From: Convolutriloba macropyga
Taxonomy: Eukaryota
Assembly (NCBI RefSeq): GCF_964194025.1
Contig: NC_134472.1
Coordinates: 71,486,001-71,550,000 of the forward strand
Length of the DNA: 64,000 nt
Direction: 5' to 3'
Below, in pieces: positions 36,142 through 48,697 of the stretch; the stretch's first letter is position 1; every line of letters begins with the position of its first letter. A program made the translations under genes and the position numbers. Under the pieces are notes generated by a model. The model worked only from the letters and a program-made list of their open reading frames with translations. It was not told the origin of the DNA and did not search any database.

Positions 36142-38339
36142 CTTTGCCCCCTCCTGCTCAATTGCTCTTATTTTTAAAAGACAAAATTGACAATTCCTTA
36201 AGTGACCTAAAATATCTGTTTTTTCAAACTTGAATTAGTCAACTATTATTATAGGCATATCCGGTTATAATTGATTTAGTTATAACTTATAATGGATTAA
36301 TTATGTTCAATGAAGCGCCAAATGATATAAGCATATTATTTTGACGTCATATACTCAAAAAACAACTTGTTTTGACCTCTTCCTAATTCCGTGAAGAGCA
36401 TAGAAGTATATATCATTTATCTGTCGTTCATTTCGTTCAAGTTCAACGACACTCACGTTCAATACTAAAAGGTCAAAAGGCAAAATTTGTCTTTTTACGT
36501 TAACAACTGAATATTATTGATTCCATTGGGTAAAAACTGTAAAACGATTGCAGGTTAGTTTCAAAATTACATTCTTAACTTTAACGAATTTGAATCAATC
36601 GAATAAGAAAAAATGGGATAAAAAATGAGGTTTCTTTTCTTTTTTTATCTTCCCTGAAACATTAAGGAAGGTTATTTCCAAAAAATAAATTCATAAAGAA
36701 CTTTTTATTAATAAATTGCGCAAAAAGTTAAAAGCGGTCTACCTGGATTGTTAGAAAGCGCAAATTATTTTTTACAAAGAACTTTAAAAAGTTTTTACTA
36801 TAAAAATAGCGTTGATTCTGGACGGTGTTACTATAATTTAATAAAGCGCTCCACAAAATTTAATTAAAACAAAGGAAACTCAACAAAATTTAGACCGAAA
36901 TAGTTTAACACAATTCAGCTCAGCTTGACTTTTTTTCAAGAAAACAGGAGTTCTTATAGAAGTTTAAAAAATTACACATTGATAATCTTATTTTATGATG
37001 ATCATTCTATTATATACATGTAACATATTTCACACTGCCAAAAATTGAAACAGGAGGTTTCCTGAAAATATTTTCTTTAATTATGAATAAAAACCCCCAA
37101 ATAAATTTGTCGATTGAGAGCAACCCAATTACAAAGAAAAAATTAAGTGAAATCAAGAGAAAATAAGCGTCATTTAACAAAAATTCGAAAATCTGCTAGA
37201 TGATCGTTTGCAACTTATTTAAATGATTGTAATGGAAATTGGTTTTTGATTCAATGTATGCTTTTTCTTTTTTGTTTTGACAATTATCATTTTACTGAAT
37301 TAACTGAAAATATTCATAACATTAGTGGTGGAAGCACAAAATAATGACTTCAAAAATTCGGCAATATTTTTTGCAGAAATATTGGTAGAAGAGAAGTTGT
37401 CCTCAATTGATTCATTTTTTAAACAAACATCAGCAGATTAACCTATGATATTGTATTTTTGGATTTGGACTCCAATTATTTTTTGCGTAAGCAGAAACCA
37501 AATCGGGGTAAATTTTTCACTTAGAACAAAATCTTCAAACAAATTTAAGAAGCTGTAACTGATAATTTAAAACAGAAGTTGAGTGACAAGTTGAGTTTAT
37601 ATACAGGTTAGATTTACTTTTTTACTGCTTTTTTTGTTTTGTTTTTAATTGTCTTTGTCTTTGTTGAAAGAAGTTTTACTTGCTTTTCTTGCAAGACTCT
37701 AGCAGAAATCTGCGAGTCTAAGCTTCATTTTGCAAAATTACTTAACAATTTCTTGCAAATTTTCCTGAAATTGCTCGCCAATTTTACTTATTTCGGACAA
37801 GAATTTACATCACATTCTGTATTAAAAGTTGATGCAAGATTTGGCGGGCAATCTTCTGGTCTTAACTAAGGACTTTTGGCATTTTACTAGACTCCAAGAC
37901 TAAGATCAAACTTTTATAAGGTAAGGTTTTTATTAAGACCTGTCGTAACTCAGAACTACTATGTTCAAAAATATGATACAGTATTTATCCAAGACTTATT
38001 TCTGATCCCAGATATTATGTGTTCTTAGCTACTTTTATGCCAGATTTTTCAGTATTTTGAAAAGAACTCAAAGCTCAAGCAATTTTGAGAAATGCCGGCC
38101 AGTCATTTTTAGTTCACTTGCTAGCTGGCAGATTTTCAAAAGAGTACGGGCTAAAAATGGCTCAAATTGAAGTACTCTTGTATCTTTATTTCGTATCAAA
38201 TTATTATACACACTAAATAAACTTAAAGAAAAATTACCTGAAAAAACACCTTAACTTAACTGAAACGTTAAGATAGTTTCACCTTACCTTAACTTACCGG
38301 AAATTTACCTTAAAATTACCTTAAAAGTTGAGGGGGGGC

Positions 38340-38343
<4 letters not shown>

Positions 38344-38412
<69 letters not shown>
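38344..38412. repeat. (TA)n microsatellite
   Basis: Directly visible. Confidence 0.98.
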
Positions 38413-38415
<3 letters not shown>

Positions 38416-38970
38416 CCTTTTCGTTTTTTATTGCAATATTTATCAATCCGGTTAGTGTCGTATTAGTTGTAGCTCATCTGGTTATTATATTCACAGTACA
38501 TATTCTTCATTTGTGAACGCTTCGACTGCATACAAGTCAGCATACAGAGTCAGTGTGTTATTTAACATAATGCATTTTATATATCTTTTCTGTGCGTTCG
38601 AGAAAATACAGAGCAGTAACAACAGTAGTTAATTTTAGACAAAAAGTTTGAGAGTTTTAAAAACATTAATTAAAATTTTTGAAACTATTATTCTTTTAAA
38701 AAGTTAAATTGATCTTGTTCGTACTCAACAATTCAATATCGTGGCGTCATTGACGGAATCATATTTCAAAGTTTAAAAAAATTGTCATTTAAAAAGCATA
38801 AACTCCATTTAGTGATTCCGTTTACTTCCTAATATTTCCAACATTTTAAATTAATCGATAAATAACGTCTACTTATTGTTCGGTCGATCCATTTAGTCAT
38901 TTTGCCGAAATTTTTAAACAAAACACTGCAAAGATTTTTGAAAAACAAAATTTGTTCACAACATTATACA

Positions 38971-39207
38971 ATGGAGACTTACTACGACCCTCAATTATGG
39001 CTTGTTCCCTCTAACACCCCCTACGAGAAGGCAGTCCGAAAAGCGAATCCAGACTTTGGACAGAAATCGGACGCCGCTCTCAAGCCAAATCGGCTAGAAC
39101 AGAACGAGGGTCTCTTCGGCACGGGTCAGATCGTTCCTATGAAGTTGAAATCCAGGCATGACCACGATCTGGATTTGGAATTTGAATCTGTTAAGAGGAA
39201 AAATAAG
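38971..39207 (+). CDS. Uncharacterised protein, exon 1 of 3 (spliced product 223 aa)
   Basis: Start context tacaATGG; GC-enriched open frame METYYDPQLWLVPSNTPYEK...FESVKRKNK; donor AAG|GTACGT, phase 0. Confidence 0.7.
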
Positions 39208-39252
39208 GTACGTTTTCTTTATTTACTTTTTTCATCTTTATAGGAAACGTTT

Positions 39253-39452
39253 GGGATCTTTTCCCTTTGTGCCTCCTCCCCCCCCCCCCCCCCCCAGCTT
39301 AGTGGATGCATATTATTTACACCACCCAGACGCACGTGCCATATTTCTACATAATGTGGAACTACTATGTAATGACACGTGCTCTGTAATTAGGGGGTCA
39401 TAACGTACTGGGGGGGGGGGAGTGGGGGGGGGGCGCAAAGGGAAAAGATCTC
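39253..39452. mobile_element. GG-ended MITE, related subfamily
   Basis: TIR gggatcttttccctttgtgcc / ggcgcaaagggaaaagatctc; perfect 8-bp duplication aaacgttt; poly-C and poly-G arms. Confidence 0.85.
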
Positions 39453-41198
39453 AAACGTTTCATTTATGATTGTTAAATCGCTTCTTTATTGCAAAGCATT
39501 CAAATATTGTGTACGACTTAGGGCGCAATCGTGGTAACTTAAATCATGGTAACTTTTTTTCTATGACAAAAAAACTTTTTGCAAAGTGCCCATTTTTAAG
39601 TATCTCCTGTTTCAATAACGGCTTTTTATAAAATAATTGATGGGCTGAAAAGCCCAGTCAACTCTAAAAACACATCGAGCATTGATTCAATTTTGTTTCA
39701 CAATTAGACTACGTGTTTCTGCTAGTTATTCTATAGTAAACGTGTCAACAAAAGAATTACAAAAACCCGTAATAAAAAAACAGTTGTTTAAATTATGTTA
39801 ACGTGGTTGTGAAAACAGGTGTTGATTAGGCAGCCAGAGGAATCAAGAGCAGACACTGAGGGGTTGATTTGAAGCACTATCCATTGAGCTAAAACCTTTT
39901 CTTTATGGAACAATTGTGTTTATGTTTATAAACATAAACATATATGTTTATTAACATTTGTGCTATAAACAAATGAACTAGAATTTAAACACGCATGCTG
40001 ACTCATGCGTTTCCAGAAGAGGAACAAAAACGGCAAAAAATTTTTGCGAAAAATAAACGAGGTAATGATTTTCAGCAAACTTTCAGAAATTGCATTTTTC
40101 TTACCTTGCAAACGTTAATGATCAATAACCAAAATTTGAACAGTGAAAAATTAATTTTTATAATTATGCGTACGCAATTCTAAAATTTTTATTTCTACCT
40201 GATGACTGAGGAAAAATTGCATTTTGCAAGAAAAGAACAATTTAAAACTCTTTTGAAACAATGAGAGATTCAAACTTATAGTTCTCAGTCTGAGGCAGCA
40301 TGGGCAAGCTGGGATATTTTTGAGCGGTATTTTAGTGTAATATTTAGGCAATAAATATATCATTCAATGTCGAAGAGTTTCACAAAAAATAGTTGTTGCT
40401 TACATCCTCAATACCACTACGACGAACCTATTTTGCTCTCTAGGTTGTATATAATTCAAAATAAGAAAAAAATAATCTTCAGAATTGATCTCCTCAATAA
40501 TACTCCTCAATATTCTGCTTATTCAAATTCTGCTTCTATTCCACAAGTCTATGACTCGGTCTAAAATTTATTTCTCGACTTAAGGATATTTAATTTTTCA
40601 AATCTATTTTTTAAAAGTTTTATGCCTAAAATTATTTGAAAATTAGAATAAAACTCAGTTTCAATTTTAGAGCACTAAATATTGTGAATTAGTTGATCCT
40701 GATTTGAGCTGGTTTTTTTCAGAAGTTGATCTAAATAATCTTTGGGGTCTAAACCTCCAATGGTTGATTCCTTTTCTAGATCTTCAGAGAGCAACCACCT
40801 AATTTTTTCTGCTCTAAAAACGTGTTTTCAAAACATAATTCTAGTGAAAAAAGTTTCCCAGGACGTTGGTGTTTGAGATCTTCTTAAAAACAAGCCCACG
40901 AAAATACAACATTAAAATATAAAAACTTCATAAATAGTGCGTTTTTCCGATCTTTGAAAATGAGCAAAGTTGTAAAAAGAAAAACTTATTGACAAAAGAC
41001 AACCTGTTTGGCGATATGGACTTGACTCCTCTAATTTGGCCGCGCTTAAAAACATTGCCACACAGTTGTTATACCCGTCCAAAATTTATCCAACAATTAG
41101 GATTTTCTAAACTTCTCGATTGAAGTAGCAGCGTGTTTATGTGTGCCCTTGTTTATCCATGTGCGCTCAAACCAAACAAAAAATGATGTCAAGTATTC

Positions 41199-41598
41199 GG
41201 TTACATGACAATTCACCCAATTCCATTTAACCCAATATCATTTTATCCTAGGACATTTTACCCAACCTGTCATTTTATCCAATGCCATTTTACCCAATAC
41301 CAACTTACCCAATGCTTTTTGATCTTTTCGTTCAATTAACCGATTACAAATTAGCAGTCGCTATTACAAGGATGATTTAAAATATTTGTGGACAATATAA
41401 TCCCATGTTCGGTTGTGATAGTTTCATATCGAGCCCCACAGGCCATTTATTTTATAGTCGGTTAAACAGTCGTTCTTGTTAATTTAGCAATAGGGTAAAT
41501 TGGGTAAGTTGGCATTGGGTAAAATGGCAGGTTGGGTAAAATGGCATTGGGTAAGATAACATTGGGTAAAATGGAATTGGGTAAATTGTCCTGACACC
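41199..41598. mobile_element. TIR element with inverted ccattttacccaatg arrays
   Basis: ggttacatgacaattcacccaa / ttgggtaaattgtcctgacacc, with opposing ~15-bp repeat arms. Confidence 0.75.
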
Positions 41599-42049
41599 TA
41601 AAAATTCAATTACAGTTTTCAATATAAGTCAGATCAATTGCATGCCAGGAAAACATATTTGAAAAAAGTTTGCATTCAAATGCCGATCAATATCTGATTA
41701 TAGTCTGGCGGCATTTCGTTATATTTTCCTATCTTTTTCCGGATATCGTTTTCCGCTCACTTGTATTAAGATCAAGAAAGCATGCAGCGAGTGCAAAAAA
41801 AGTCCGACATGCTCAAATTTTGGTATATAGATCGTAATTTTTTGCATTTTACAGTGTGCGATAACTAGCGACAAGTATAATTGACTCTAATCCTTTGATC
41901 TAGTCGCCAACTCTAATCTAACCCTTTGATTTTGGGAGATGAGTTGCCAATTTTCGAATTGCTATTGTCGCTAGAATTTGCTGCCGAAATAAGCAACGAA
42001 GGAAGAGCAATCTGGTCATTGATTTTGGCATTGTCGCTGTTTTCGGCAA

Positions 42050-45000
42050 CCCGGGTTGAAGTTTCTTTGATTTCATACAAGGATCATATATGATTTCATA
42101 CTGTCCATACTCGATTTCTTAGTACGATCCTAGTATGAAACAAAAGAAATCATACATGATCCTTGTATGAAATCCAAGTTTTCATACATGACCCTAGAAT
42201 GAAATCCAAGAAATCATAGATGAACAATTCAAGAATTGCATTCAAGAAAAGCAAGAATACACGCTTAAAAAAGTGTATGATCCTTGTATGAGATCAAAGA
42301 AATCATATATGATCTTTGTATGAAACCAAAGAAATCATATATGATCCTTGTATGAAATCCAAGTTTTCATACATGACCCTAGCATGAAATCCAAGAAATC
42401 ATAGATGAACAATTCAAGAATTGCATTCAAGAAAAGCAAGAATACACGCTTAAAAAAGTGTATGATCCTTGTATGAGATCAAAGAAATCATGTATGATCT
42501 TTGTATGAAACCAAAGAAATCATATATGATCCTTGTATGAAATCCAAGTTTTCATACACGACCCTAGCATGAAATCCAAGAAATCATAGATGAACAATTC
42601 AAGAATTGCATTCAAGAAAAGCAAGAATACACGCTTAAAAAAGTGTATGATCCTTGTATGAGATCAAAGAAATCATGTATGATCTTTGTATGAAACCAAA
42701 GAAATCATATATGATCCTTGTATGAAATCCAAGTTTTCATACATGACCCTAGCATGAAATCCAAGAAATCATAGACGGACCATTCTTGAAACGAAAAAAA
42801 ACATGCTTAAAAAAGTGTATGATTCTTTTATGAGATCAAAGAAATGATGTATGATCTTTGTATGAAACCAAAGAAATCATATAAGATCCTTTTATGAAAT
42901 CAAAGTTTTCATATAAGTCCCTGGCATGAAATCCAAGAAATCGTAGATGGATCGTTCATGAGACGAAAAAAAACGCTTGAAAAAGTGTGAGATCCTTCAA
43001 TGAGATCAAAGAAATCATATATGATCCTTGTATGAAACCAAAGAAAACATATATGACCTTAGTACGAATCCAAAGAAATCAATCATCATCCTAGTGTGAG
43101 AAAAAGAAATCTTATGGCTTATGATGGATGGCAACGAAATAACGTTATAAAGAATTATCGCTTCTCATATCACCAAAACATTTAGAGTTTTCAATTAAAA
43201 ACCGATGAAAGCATTTATAATCTTGAAATGAAATCATATATGATCCTTGTATGAAACCAAATGAATCACATTTTTTTGGGACACGCCATTAAAAAAGCGC
43301 TGTTTGAAGATTTTAGCTTCTCTTATAAAATGAACGTTTAGGTTTTCCATTGAAAAATCAATTAAAGCAATCAAGAGCCTTTTTTTCAAGTTTCAAATTT
43401 TCAAATTTGCAAATTTTTTTTTTTCAAATTTTTTCAAGTTACACATTTGTAACTTTTTGTTTAGGCGGATTTGAGAAACCAACCAAACACTGCATGCAAG
43501 AAGAGTATAGTGCCAATAAAACAAAACAATGCCCGTTCAATTTGGTACTGTTGTTTTGGAGAAAACTTCAAACACATGAAGTGTACTTTGAATTTTAATA
43601 CGGCCAAAATTCTAGCAAATTCTTGCAAAACGACTGATATGTGCGTCTAGGGGTTTATTCTGGACCAATCTAAGTTCACTGGCTTGTAACTGGACAACGA
43701 AGACCTCCACCGCGAATTGGGAAAAATCCCAACTCGACATAAAGGCCAGGGTGTTTTGTGTGTTTTCATGAAAAAACAGGAGCAAGAAATTCCTGAATAG
43801 CCGAAAAATGAATTTTTTCAAAAATTGTTATACTGTTGAGAACTTTAGTTTCAAATGGATTTGAATGCTCCCCCTGAAGCTAAGGAGCACAATTAGCAAT
43901 TGGAAATAACGCCCAAAACTAGTAAGTCATCAAAATCTCTGCATTAAATAGGCAGGATTTAGATTTTTGAAAGTTTACTAAAAAACAAACACTTAAAAAG
44001 TTAAAACAAAACAGTTTACAAAAGAAAATTTTACAGACAAACAATTAAACACTCTACAACCAAAAGAAACTGTTAAACAGTAAAACAACTCATTAAAAAA
44101 TCAGTAAAACTCCCAAACTAAACCCAAAATTTTTTTTTGAGAAGACTGTCAATATTCGCAAATTCTTGTAAGACGGCCTCTGAAAATAGTTTTTTCCATT
44201 AACTGAGGGGCTTCCTTCGACTAAGCTCCACACTTATTGAGAAGTTGGGTGCACAGTAACTCACCCGTTTTAATGTACCAGAATATAATGCCCACGATTA
44301 CGCCAAAGTTCAGAGTTCTTTTTAAGTTTGAACATCTTTGACCTCTTGCCGGGATAGATTTTTGAAAAATAACTACCTAGAGCAGTCAAAAACGATTCGA
44401 TATCAACAAGTTAAATTTACGTTTAATCTGCTCGGTACATTAGTTTAAGAGAAATCAACAAACAAACGAACTGTTTTCCTATTTTTGATATATTAAGAGA
44501 AACATTTTTCTCACAAAGTTGCGCAATAAGGCTAGACCCGACTCTTTAAACGTAAATCTGGAAGTTTTTGCGATCCACTATTTATCTTTTGAAAACCAAA
44601 GCCGTTATCGTCAGATTGGAAAATTACCAGCTCGCCATGAATGCTTTTTGGGTGTTTATATTAAAAAAACAACAGGAGCAAGAAATTCCCGTTAAGCCGA
44701 CAATTGAAAAATTGAGAAAAAAAATGTAAATTGCACACAATTTTGAGTTTGAAAGACTTCACGCGCACTCTGGCAGGCCAAATAGCCCGATATGTTTTTA
44801 ACATTAACACCCAAAATAGTATAACATTTAAGACAATGCATTAAATCGGCGAGATTTAGATTTTTTTTGATACTTTAGAAAAAAACATCATTTAATGAAC
44901 CCAATAAACAGAAGAACACATGTGTTCAAGCTAGTTCAACTATTTTGTGACAGAAGAGAACCATGAATGTTCAGTTTGGTCAATTAGTTGCATGGGAATC

Positions 45001-46576
45001 AGCAGAACTCCCAAAAGAAATCCATTTTTTTCGAGTGGACAGCCATATTTCGCAAATTCATGTAAAACAGTTTTATAAAAAACTCTTCATTCCACTAACT
45101 GAGGAGCTTCCTTCGACTAAAATTCACAACTATCGGAAAGGTGCTGGTATAGTAGCTCGCCCGTTTTGTTGTATCAGAAAACTGATGTCCACGAATATGC
45201 CAAAAATCAGCAAACTTTTCAAGTTTGAACATTTATAACTTTCTGCCCCGACTGATTTAGGGAACCCACTGCCTGGAGCATTCAAGTCAAGTTCAGTATC
45301 AACCATTAAGACTAGGTTTGATCCGTTGGGTACATTAGTGTAAGAAAAATCAACAAACAAGAACTGTGCTCCTGTTTTTGGGAATTAAGAGACACGATTT
45401 TCTCACAAAGTTGCGCAAAATGGCCAGACCCGACTCCTTGAACGTAAATCCTGGCTCAATTACGGTCCATTATTTTTTTCAACACAAAAAAATTTTGGTT
45501 TTTGTGTTGGAAAAAATCCCAGTTTGCCATGAAGGCCAGGATTTTTTAAGGTTTTTTAATGTTTTGGCTGTTTCCAAAAAAAAACACATCATCAGAAATT
45601 CTGTGATTTCACGAAAAATTAAAAATTGCCTATTTTTCAAGAAACAATGTTTGACTTGCATTAAAAAGCTTGGCTGCTTGTTGTAAAGGGCCAATTCGAC
45701 TCTTAGATTTAAACATATTACCCTTGAACAAAGAAATTTGTGCAAAATATAACTTTGTTTGTTTTTTCGTTAAATATCTATAAGTAATCTGTTGATCAAA
45801 CCATTTTTGTCAGCGAAGTGGTCAATAGGAGCAAACCCACGACAATATTTGTATCTGAGGACTCTATGAAGCACAAGTATGAGGGCGTATTCTGCTGTTT
45901 TCGAGAACCGAAATTTGTGTGACACCAGTTTGACACATAAATGCGATTATTTTGAAACGTGACCTCGAATATCTTGGATCAAGCAGATATAAGGCAGATT
46001 TATTTGTTCAATTGGTGAGTACCAGAGCTGCACAGCTTTATTTGAATTGCACTTCGTGTTTTTAGTTCAATGCAATGATTGGTTTTGTTCTGTATGGTCC
46101 TTGTATGAGTACTAAGAAATCATACAAATCATATATGACCTAGTATGATTACAAAGAATTTTTTTTCTTTTTTTTTGTTTTTTTACCGAAAAAAGTGCCA
46201 TATATGGTTTTATTTGTGGGTTGTGAAACTCACTACATTTTTTTAATGTGCGAGGCATCATTTGAAAATTTTTGTATGATCCTTGTATGAGTACTAAGAA
46301 ATCATACAAATCATATATGACCTAGTATGATTACAAAGAATTTTTTTTCTTTTTTTTTTGTTTTTTTACCGAAAAAAGTGCCATATATGGTTTTATTTGT
46401 GGGTTGTGAAACTCACTACATTTTTTTAATGTGCGAGGCATCATTTGAAAATTTTTGTATGATCCTTGTATGAGTACTAAGAATTCATACAAATCATATA
46501 TGACCTAGTACGGTTACTAAGAATCATATATGACCTAGTACGAAATCCAAGAAAGTTGTATGATCGATGACCCGGG
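42050..46576. mobile_element. 4.5-kb non-autonomous TIR element (cccggg ends, 2-bp AA duplication) in intron 1 of the plus-strand gene
   Basis: aa|cccgggt ... acccggg|aa. Shared motif gaaatcatatatgatccttgtatga in 185-bp units (42150-43080) and 182-183-bp units (46095-46560). Internal degenerate ~900-bp tandem duplication at 43700-45620. Confidence 0.7.
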
Positions 46577-46749
46577 AATTTTATTAAAACACAAAAAACC
46601 AACGGAATACGGTAAGAAACTTTATGTTATGACGTAAAGTTGAGTTATCAATCCAAATATGACGAACTCTAGCATGGGTTCAAGTATTTTTGATATTTGT
46701 CTAATTTCCGAAATAACGTTTATTTTTCATGTTCATGTGTTTCTTACAG

Positions 46750-46933
46750 TTAATAAGGGCGAGGAACATGAACATGCGACAGTACAATTCATTCACAGAG
46801 ACAATAGGGCAGAGGAAGGCAGCATACTACAGGACACTCAGCCAGAAGGGACTGGGAGAGTGGCACCCCAGACCAGTGCCAGGACACCCCACTGTCAACT
46901 TCATCCAACAATCAACCAGAAGAGAATCAACAG
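46750..46933 (+). CDS. Uncharacterised protein, exon 2 of 3
   Basis: Acceptor ttcttacag|TTA. Translates LIRARNMNMRQYNSFTETIGQRKAAYYRTLSQKGLGEWHPRPVPGHPTVNFIQQSTRREST. Donor CAG|GTACCG, phase 1. Confidence 0.68.
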
Positions 46934-47106
46934 GTACCGTCGCAATTATATTTAACTGTTTTAAGGAATTTTAGAGCAATTTGCATTGAATTGTGATAGC
47001 AAAGTTGAAAAAATCACCACTCTAAGCTAGAATATTTAAATTTTTGTCTGCACGGTAGAAATAAGACAAAATCTGTGCAAAAATTCTAGCCAACATATTT
47101 CTGTTA

Positions 47107-47679
47107 GTGTCATGACACTACCCTATTACCCCACTACCCAATTCCATTTTACCCAATGCCATATCACCCAATTCCATTTTACCCAATGCCATTATACCCA
47201 ACATGCCATTTTACCCAATGCCATTATACCCAACATGCCATTCTAACCTATGCCATTTTACCCAATTCCATTTTACCCAATGCCATTCTACCCAACATGC
47301 CATTCTAACCTATGCCATTATACCCAACATGCCATTCTACCCAACATGCCATTCTAACCTATGCCATTTATCCAATTCCATTTTACCCAATGCCATTATA
47401 CCCAACATGCCATTTTACCCAATTCCATTTTACCCAATGCCATTCTACCCAACATGCCATTCTAACCTATGCCATTTTATCCAATTCCATTTTACCCAAT
47501 GCCATTATACCCAACATGCCATTTTACCCAATTCCATTTTACCCAATGCCATTATACCCAACATGCCATTCTAACCTATGCCATTATACCTAATGCCATT
47601 TTACCCAATGCCATTACCCAGCCTGATGTTTTTATCCAATGCCATTTTACCCATGCCATTGGGTGAATTGTCATTTAAC
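47107..47679. repeat. Same family as 41199-41598, with the left arm expanded into a ~500-bp minisatellite
   Basis: (ccattttacccaatg / ccattatacccaacatg)n, ending in the inverted terminus tgggtgaattgtcatttaacc. Confidence 0.85.
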
Positions 47680-48115
47680 CCTCCCCGTCCACCAAATGCC
47701 CCCCACCCCCACCCCTACAACTTTTCCATCTAAACTACTTTTGGCTCAACGAAAAATATTCGGGCTGGCATAAACTTCCAAACGCCCTTCCTATGGAGGT
47801 TTGGGACATTTAGGATTGCATATTTCAAGTTGGTCAATTTTTTAAATAGGTGAAACAATTCAAATTAAAATATGTCACCACAATTTCATTTCATAACTAG
47901 GCAAAAAATAAAATGCGCTTACCGAGTTGAGATTTTTTGATTGTAGCCCCTACCAGCGCATTTCTTACATAAGTTTACTGCATTTTCCGCATTTCTCAGC
48001 TCATTTTTTACGCAACCTTTCACTTGAATCTGAGCAATTCGGAAATTCAGACTATCAGAGATATGTGGAACAGTTGAGCTCTCGTGTAACGGAAGTCATG
48101 GTTCAACCCTATCCC

Positions 48116-48279
48116 GGATCTATTCTGTTTTGACCCCCCCCCCCAGCTTGGTGGGCTTATTTCTTACGCCCCCCAGGCGCACGTGCTATTTTTTCACATA
48201 GTAACGTGCTATATTACAAGATATAATTTGTAACTAGGGGGTATAAACACACTGGGGTGGGGGGAAACAGAATAGATCC
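48116..48279. mobile_element. GG-ended MITE (Merlin-like)
   Basis: Perfect TIR ggatctattctgttt / aaacagaatagatcc; flanks cctatccc / cctaaccc. Confidence 0.85.
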
Positions 48280-48545
48280 CCTAACCCTTTACTGGGGGTT
48301 CCGAAAATTGAGCTGAAAGCGCTGAAAAGACCAGGAATTTTAAAATTTAATTGGCGAACTTCTTTCAAATTTATGGCATTCTTTAGAGCATTTCAGAAGA
48401 CATTTTTTTGAGCATTTTGATCTCAAAAATCAAGAAATTCGGCGCATTTTTGTTCACATATTTTCAGGAAGCACCTCGATTTTGGTCGCCAAAAATTAGG
48501 TTTCAGAAAAGGGAGGATTGCCCTCCAGTGAATGGAAAGTTGATA

Positions 48546-48697
48546 CACCTTGACAAGACATGCATGATCTTGACATTTCTTGCAAAACTTGAAACATCTT
48601 GGCAAGATCTTGAAATACTAACATTTCTTGGTAAATCTTGAACCTTGTCATGATCTTGTCAAGATTTAATCAGATTTAATATGTTTGTATCAGGGTG
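48546..48697. mobile_element. Small CAC...GTG-ended MITE with TA duplication at the satellite border
   Basis: ta|caccttgacaag ... tgtatcagggtg|ta, with internal cttg.caaga repeats. Confidence 0.6.

Noticed and set aside
40367-40564. Possible extra exon of the plus-strand gene
   Set aside because: AT-rich, weak donor, and not needed for phase compatibility.
47203-47666. Pro/Tyr/His-rich ORFs
   Set aside because: Translation of a 15-17-bp minisatellite.
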